Shown here one piece after another: positions 54,024 to 58,512 of a stretch of DNA of 58,512 bases. The stretch is from a virus (Duplodnaviria > Caudoviricetes). A model generated the notes under the pieces. That model saw only the letters and a list, made by a program, of their open reading frames with translations, was not told where the DNA came from and did not search any database. Both the position numbers and the translations under genes were made by a program. The first letter of the stretch is position 1; the number at the start of each line of letters is the position of its first letter. The stretch covers positions 1-58,512 of IMG/VR virus record IMGVR_UViG_3300037151_000031. One strand, written 5' to 3'.

Positions 54024-54725
54024 TCAGTGACATTCCGAGTGCCAGCCGCGCCAAGCGTGCTTCCGGACCTTCACGTACTCCGCCGCGAAGGACGCGAGCG
54101 TGGCCTCATCCTGCTGAATCTGCGCGCCGGCCATGTGTAGGTCGACCACGTTGACGTAGCCGGAGGGGTTGGCGTTCTCGTGGACGATGAAGGCGCGCTG
54201 CGTCTCGCGGTCCTGGTCGGCGGCGCACATCGGCTGGACGGTCACCGTGAAGAAGTCGCGCTCGGCCTGCTCCGCACGCCGCTTGCCGATGCACTTGGCG
54301 TCTGCTCGGCACGTCTTCTCGGCAGTGACGTCATGCTGAAACGCCTCGAGCAACGCCGGCGGCGGCTCGGCCACCGGATGTCCGCAGTCCGCCACGATCG
54401 CCCGCATGCGAGCAAGGGATGCCATGATCTCGTCAACGGCGGTGTCGACGGCGGCATCGGGCCGTGTGACCAGCGATGCGCTCCAGTCGCGCAGCTGCGC
54501 CCCGAGCACTTTGAGCTCGGCCTGCTCGGCGAAGACACGTCGCTGCTCGGCATGCAGCGCGGTCGTGGCTTCGACCGACTCACGTCCCGTCATCGGCGCG
54601 GGCTTCATCGCGAGGACGGCGGAGATGCTCGCGCCCAGCGTGGCGCCCCATGTGGGGGCATCCGTTTCTGCAAGCGCCGGTCGCGCGAGCGTCATGATGA
54701 GAACCAGTGTGCTAAGCGTCTTCAT
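54024..54725 (-). CDS. putative secreted protein
   Basis: AAAGGA RBS; signal peptide MKTLSTLVLIMTLARPALA. Confidence 0.6.
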   Translation of the reverse strand: MKTLSTLVLIMTLARPALAETDAPTWGATLGASISAVLAMKPAPMTGRESVEATTALHAEQRRVFAEQAELKVLGAQLRDWSASLVTRPDAAVDTAVDEIMASLARMRAIVADCGHPVAEPPPALLEAFQHDVTAEKTCRADAKCIGKRRAEQAERDFFTVTVQPMCAADQDRETQRAFIVHENANPSGYVNVVDLHMAGAQIQQDEATLASFAAEYVKVRKHAWRGWHSECH

Positions 54726-54861
54726 GTGCGGGTTTCCTTTCGCCCGCGCCACGGGCTCGGGCATGTGGTGTGCCGCGAGCCCATTCTTATGGCGCTGAGG
54801 AGAGTATAGCTCCCTTCCCGAAGGCCCGCTAGAGCCTCCCGTCTGCCTACCTTTGCGCGGG

Positions 54862-55233
54862 ATGTCGACCACGCTTCGCACTGACACGGGGGACATGGTG
54901 CTTCCGCGCGTGATCGTCACGGATCCGCTGAGCGTCTGCCTGCAAACGCTGAAGGACCATCTCGCGCTTGTTCGCGGAGAATATTTTCTAGATCAAAGCG
55001 TTGGCACGCCGTGGCTCCAGATCCTCGGCGTCAAGATCCTGAACGACGCCCAGGCGGTCGCGATGATCACGTCTGTGATCTCCGCGGTATCTGGAATCGT
55101 CAATACGGTAGTCCAGGTGAAGCTGGATCGCGTGAATCGCTCTTTTTCGTATTCCTACCAATGCACATTCAATAGCGGCGCGATCATCACGGGCGGGAAC
55201 GGCCAGCCGCCCACGGTTCAGGGAGGCAGCTGA
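54862..55233 (+). CDS. baseplate wedge/sheath initiator protein
   Basis: LVRGEYFLDQSVGTPW. Confidence 0.75.
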   Translation: MSTTLRTDTGDMVLPRVIVTDPLSVCLQTLKDHLALVRGEYFLDQSVGTPWLQILGVKILNDAQAVAMITSVISAVSGIVNTVVQVKLDRVNRSFSYSYQCTFNSGAIITGGNGQPPTVQGGS

Positions 55234-56747
55234 TGGCGAGCTATGGCGTGACTCCCGCGGGCTTCGTTGTTCCGCCGCTCTCTTCCATCCTTGCTGGGAT
55301 GCAGGCGCAGGTGCTCGCGACGGTCGACCCGCAATACGACCTCTCCCCCAACACGCCCGACGGCCAGATCCTCGGCATCGTCGCGAATCAATACGCGTCT
55401 CTCTGGGAACTCGCGCAGGTTTGCTGGAACTCCTACAACCGCGAGGACGTGGAGGGCGCGGGCCTCGACAATCTCGGCGACATCACGGGCACGCCGAGGG
55501 AGGGGCCGAGCTTCACGCAGGTCGTCGCGCAACTCCTCATCGCAACCGGGACGTACGCCGCAAGCACGTGGGATCCGACGACGAGTGCGTTGACGAGTTC
55601 TACTCTCGTCGCGAACGTAGCGGGCGCCCAGACGTTCACGTTCGCGAACGCGGAGACGTTCACGGTCGCTGCGTACTCGGGGACGGTCGATGTCACCTCC
55701 GGTTCGCCGGCCATCACGTTCTCGGTACCGCAGACGATCCCTGTGGGTACGGTGCTGTGGTTCGAGAGCCAGCCGGGCGTCCCATACACAACGCTGGCGG
55801 CCATCACCGCGAGCACGACGTGCACGCTGACTACGCAGTACACGGGCGGCTCGGCCCCGACGACGACGGCCATTCCAGCGACGTATACGCTCTTTCAGTC
55901 GACGGTCATCTCGACGACGCCGAGCGTGAACGCGGGGACGCTGACCGACATCACGACTCCGGTCACTGGTTGGTACACGGTCAACAACGTGCTCGCGCAG
56001 TCGCAGCTTGGCACCGACGGCGAGCTCGACGCTGCCTACGCGCTTCGCCAAGCGCAGGACGTTGCCGCGGAAGGCTCGTGCACCTCGGCAGCCACGGCGG
56101 CGGCTCTCAACGAACTCGGCGCGGCGCAGACTCCTCCCGTCAGCCTCACCGTGACGGTGCTCGAGAACACGGAGAACTTCGCGCAACTGATCACGGGCGT
56201 GCTCATGCCCCCGCACACGTACCTCGCGTCCGTGTACGACGGCGGCACGGGATGGGCGACGTCCACGGCCGGGCAAGCGGCAATCGGCGCGGTCATCTAC
56301 GCGAACAAGCCGGCGGGCATCTCGAGCGCTGGAGTCGTGGGCGCGGTCCAAGTCCCGATTCAGGACCCGTACTTGGGCGCCATTTTTGTCTACTACTTTT
56401 CGCCCGTGCAGCTTCCGCTGTACATCTCATCGACCATCGCGATTCGATCTGGGTACGTTTGGTCGCAGGTCGAAGCGGCCATCCAGCAAGCGCTCGTATC
56501 GGCGGCGGTCGCGCCAGATCTCTCGACGGGACAGGCCCCGGTCGGGCAGCTCGCGCCGGGCGCGGACGTCATCGGCTCGCAACTCTCCGCGGTCATCGCC
56601 GGCGTCCCTGGCGTGTACGACATCCAGAGTCTGACCTTCGGCTTCAGCGTCGCTCCAGTGAACACGAGCCCGCTGCTCGTCTCGGGTACGCAGGTCGCTA
56701 CCGTGCTTCCGGCGAACATCGCGCTCGTGCAGGGAAGACTGCCCTGA
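55233..56747 (+). CDS. baseplate J/gp47-like protein with inserted beta-domain
   Basis: YGVTPAGF, PDGQILGI, GAGLD, ELDAAYALRQ, NKPAGI. Confidence 0.85.
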   Translation: MASYGVTPAGFVVPPLSSILAGMQAQVLATVDPQYDLSPNTPDGQILGIVANQYASLWELAQVCWNSYNREDVEGAGLDNLGDITGTPREGPSFTQVVAQLLIATGTYAASTWDPTTSALTSSTLVANVAGAQTFTFANAETFTVAAYSGTVDVTSGSPAITFSVPQTIPVGTVLWFESQPGVPYTTLAAITASTTCTLTTQYTGGSAPTTTAIPATYTLFQSTVISTTPSVNAGTLTDITTPVTGWYTVNNVLAQSQLGTDGELDAAYALRQAQDVAAEGSCTSAATAAALNELGAAQTPPVSLTVTVLENTENFAQLITGVLMPPHTYLASVYDGGTGWATSTAGQAAIGAVIYANKPAGISSAGVVGAVQVPIQDPYLGAIFVYYFSPVQLPLYISSTIAIRSGYVWSQVEAAIQQALVSAAVAPDLSTGQAPVGQLAPGADVIGSQLSAVIAGVPGVYDIQSLTFGFSVAPVNTSPLLVSGTQVATVLPANIALVQGRLP

Positions 56748-56748
56748 G

Positions 56749-57414
56749 ATGTACCCCATCGAGAACGATTGGGTCGTGCCCCAGGGTCTTGCCAGGCTCA
56801 CCTCGAGTTTCATCACGCAGCCCAACATCCGCGCCATCCTTGCGGTCTACCTGCAGCCGGCCCAGACGCTCGAGTTGGTCTTCTGGGACATCATCAATGC
56901 CCGCGTGCTGTCGACGGCGATAGCCTACGACCCGAACGCGACGACGGGGCCGACGAGCAACGTCGTGTTCGACGACATCGGCGCGCTCGTCGGGCTCACG
57001 CGACAGGGTCTCGACGACACGGACTATCGCACGCTCATCTACCTGGAGATCGCGGTCAATCGGTCCTGCGGCCGGACGACGGACTTCAGCCGATTCGCGC
57101 AGCTGCTCGACCCGTACGCGGACCTCATCTATTACCTCGACGGTGACGCGGCCGTGTACTTCGGCTGCTGGAACTTCACGCTGAATCCGACCATCGTCGC
57201 GGCCCAGCTTACTCGCGCTCCGGCGAACGGCGTCGGCGGCGTGTTCGCGTACACCTTGTGGCCCGACGGCGCGGACTTCGAATGGTCCGATTGGTACGAC
57301 GGCTCGGACGGTCAGGGGGCCTCCGGCCAGTACCCGTGGGGAAGCGTGTACGATCCGGCGGAGGGCGGTCTGCTCGTCGCGGCGTTCGCGCTCGGAGGGA
57401 CTGAGTCGGCGTAG
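56749..57414 (+). CDS. baseplate wedge protein (DUF2612-like)
   Basis: DDIGALVGLTRQGLDDTDYRTLI. Confidence 0.75.
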   Translation: MYPIENDWVVPQGLARLTSSFITQPNIRAILAVYLQPAQTLELVFWDIINARVLSTAIAYDPNATTGPTSNVVFDDIGALVGLTRQGLDDTDYRTLIYLEIAVNRSCGRTTDFSRFAQLLDPYADLIYYLDGDAAVYFGCWNFTLNPTIVAAQLTRAPANGVGGVFAYTLWPDGADFEWSDWYDGSDGQGASGQYPWGSVYDPAEGGLLVAAFALGGTESA

Positions 57415-57437
57415 CGCCACGCGGCTACCTTTGCTGC

Positions 57438-58512
57438 ATGATCACATTTATCTGGAGCGCCCCGAGCACACTCTATCCGGCTGGGTCGAATCCGTGGTCA
57501 GGGCAGCCGGTCGGGGTTTCACCGATCAATAGTTACTTCACGCCTGGCTTGAAGCCGGCCGCGGAAAACTTCAATTGGTCGTTCAGCCAGATCTCGGTCG
57601 ACCTCGCGACGCTCGCCGAGTTCGATAACACCGGCGGCAACGGCTACCCGAATACCAACACGTTCGGCGTGCGGGGCACGGGCAACGGCGGGACGCCCCA
57701 CGCTGACCCTGGTTTCACTGGCGTCATCGGCACTGGCGGGTCGGGGAACGACTTCGGCGTCGCTGGCTATGGCACTCGTACTGGCGCAGGGGTGTTCGGC
57801 ATCGGCGGCTCAAGTGGTGGCATCCTCGCCTCAGCAGGCGGCAACTTCCAAGGGGGCAGCGGCGGCGGCAATGGTGTGCAGGGAGAGGGCGGACCGTCCT
57901 CCTCGGGGGTGTTCGGGCTTGGTGGCACGAGTGGCGGCGCCGGTGTTGCTGGCGTCGGCGGGAGTAGTTCGGGCTCAGGCGTCACTGGCGTTGGTGGTAC
58001 GTCAGCCGGCATCGGCGGCAACTTCGCGGGGTATGGCGGCACGCTCGCCACCGGAGGCGGACCTGCAGGTACAGGCGTGGTCGGTACGGGTGGCGCGGGG
58101 AATAACAACGGCGGCCAGTTCTATGGCACTGGCTCGGGGCCCGGGGCCGTGGGCGAGGGCGGACCGGCGGCGTCCAGTGGGCTCCTGGGTCTTGCGGGCG
58201 GCGGTTCTGGTGGTGCTGGGGTCGCTGGCCAGGGCGATGGATCGGGTGCGGGCGGATCCTTCACGGGTGGCACGAGCGGGGCAGGCGTCAACGCGACAGG
58301 TGTCGGCACCGGCACTGGCGTGCATGGGTTCGGCGGTGCCACGGGTGGCACTGGTGTGCTGGGTGAGGGGGGCACCGACGCCAACGGTGTCTCGGGCATT
58401 GGCAACGGAACTGGGGCGGGGCTCGTTGGTCAGGGTGGCGCGACAGGCACTGGCGTTATCGGGGCCGGTGGCGCGAACGGGATCGGCGGCGTCTTCAATG
58501 GTGGGTCAAGCG
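57438..58512 (+). CDS. Gly-rich tail fibre, truncated by the window end
   Basis: MITFIWS...PGLKPAAENFNW followed by GVxGxG repeats; no stop before the end, so absent from the ORF track. Confidence 0.75.
   Translation, partial: MITFIWSAPSTLYPAGSNPWSGQPVGVSPINSYFTPGLKPAAENFNWSFSQISVDLATLAEFDNTGGNGYPNTNTFGVRGTGNGGTPHADPGFTGVIGTGGSGNDFGVAGYGTRTGAGVFGIGGSSGGILASAGGNFQGGSGGGNGVQGEGGPSSSGVFGLGGTSGGAGVAGVGGSSSGSGVTGVGGTSAGIGGNFAGYGGTLATGGGPAGTGVVGTGGAGNNNGGQFYGTGSGPGAVGEGGPAASSGLLGLAGGGSGGAGVAGQGDGSGAGGSFTGGTSGAGVNATGVGTGTGVHGFGGATGGTGVLGEGGTDANGVSGIGNGTGAGLVGQGGATGTGVIGAGGANGIGGVFNGGSS

Overview
This window is most of the genome of a high-GC, contractile-tailed (myovirus-type) phage or prophage. 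No integrase or host gene is visible and both ends are truncated. From left to right it holds: a leftward recombination operon (RecT-like, Cas4-like exonuclease); a divergent promoter/operator switch; a rightward early operon (HTH regulators, DUF2303, replication initiator with DnaC-like ATPase, HNH, RusA-like); a ~9 kb sugar-modification module (six glycosyltransferase-like genes, an O-methyltransferase and gmd) with an intact IS605-type tnpA/tnpB element inserted between two of its genes; a sigma-like gene; a ParB-methyltransferase broken at a G11 tract; terminase; an Acb2/Tad1-like protein; a DUF1073/DUF2213/DUF2184-type head module; and tail and baseplate genes. The top finding is at 20954-23440. 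Two non-coding arrays with a 38-nt period alternate a 12-nt and a 10-nt repeat with 8-nt variable spacers. They flank an unknown gene and precede a Nop/IS110-C-terminal-like protein with no nuclease domain. This fits a TIGR-Tas-like RNA-guided system with a split array and an accessory gene. Other findings include a CTACCTT element 6-8 nt before at least 11 late start codons (likely leaderless late promoters) and a Ser/Thr-rich domain copied five times into three virion proteins. All family names come from motif recognition by eye, not database searches.
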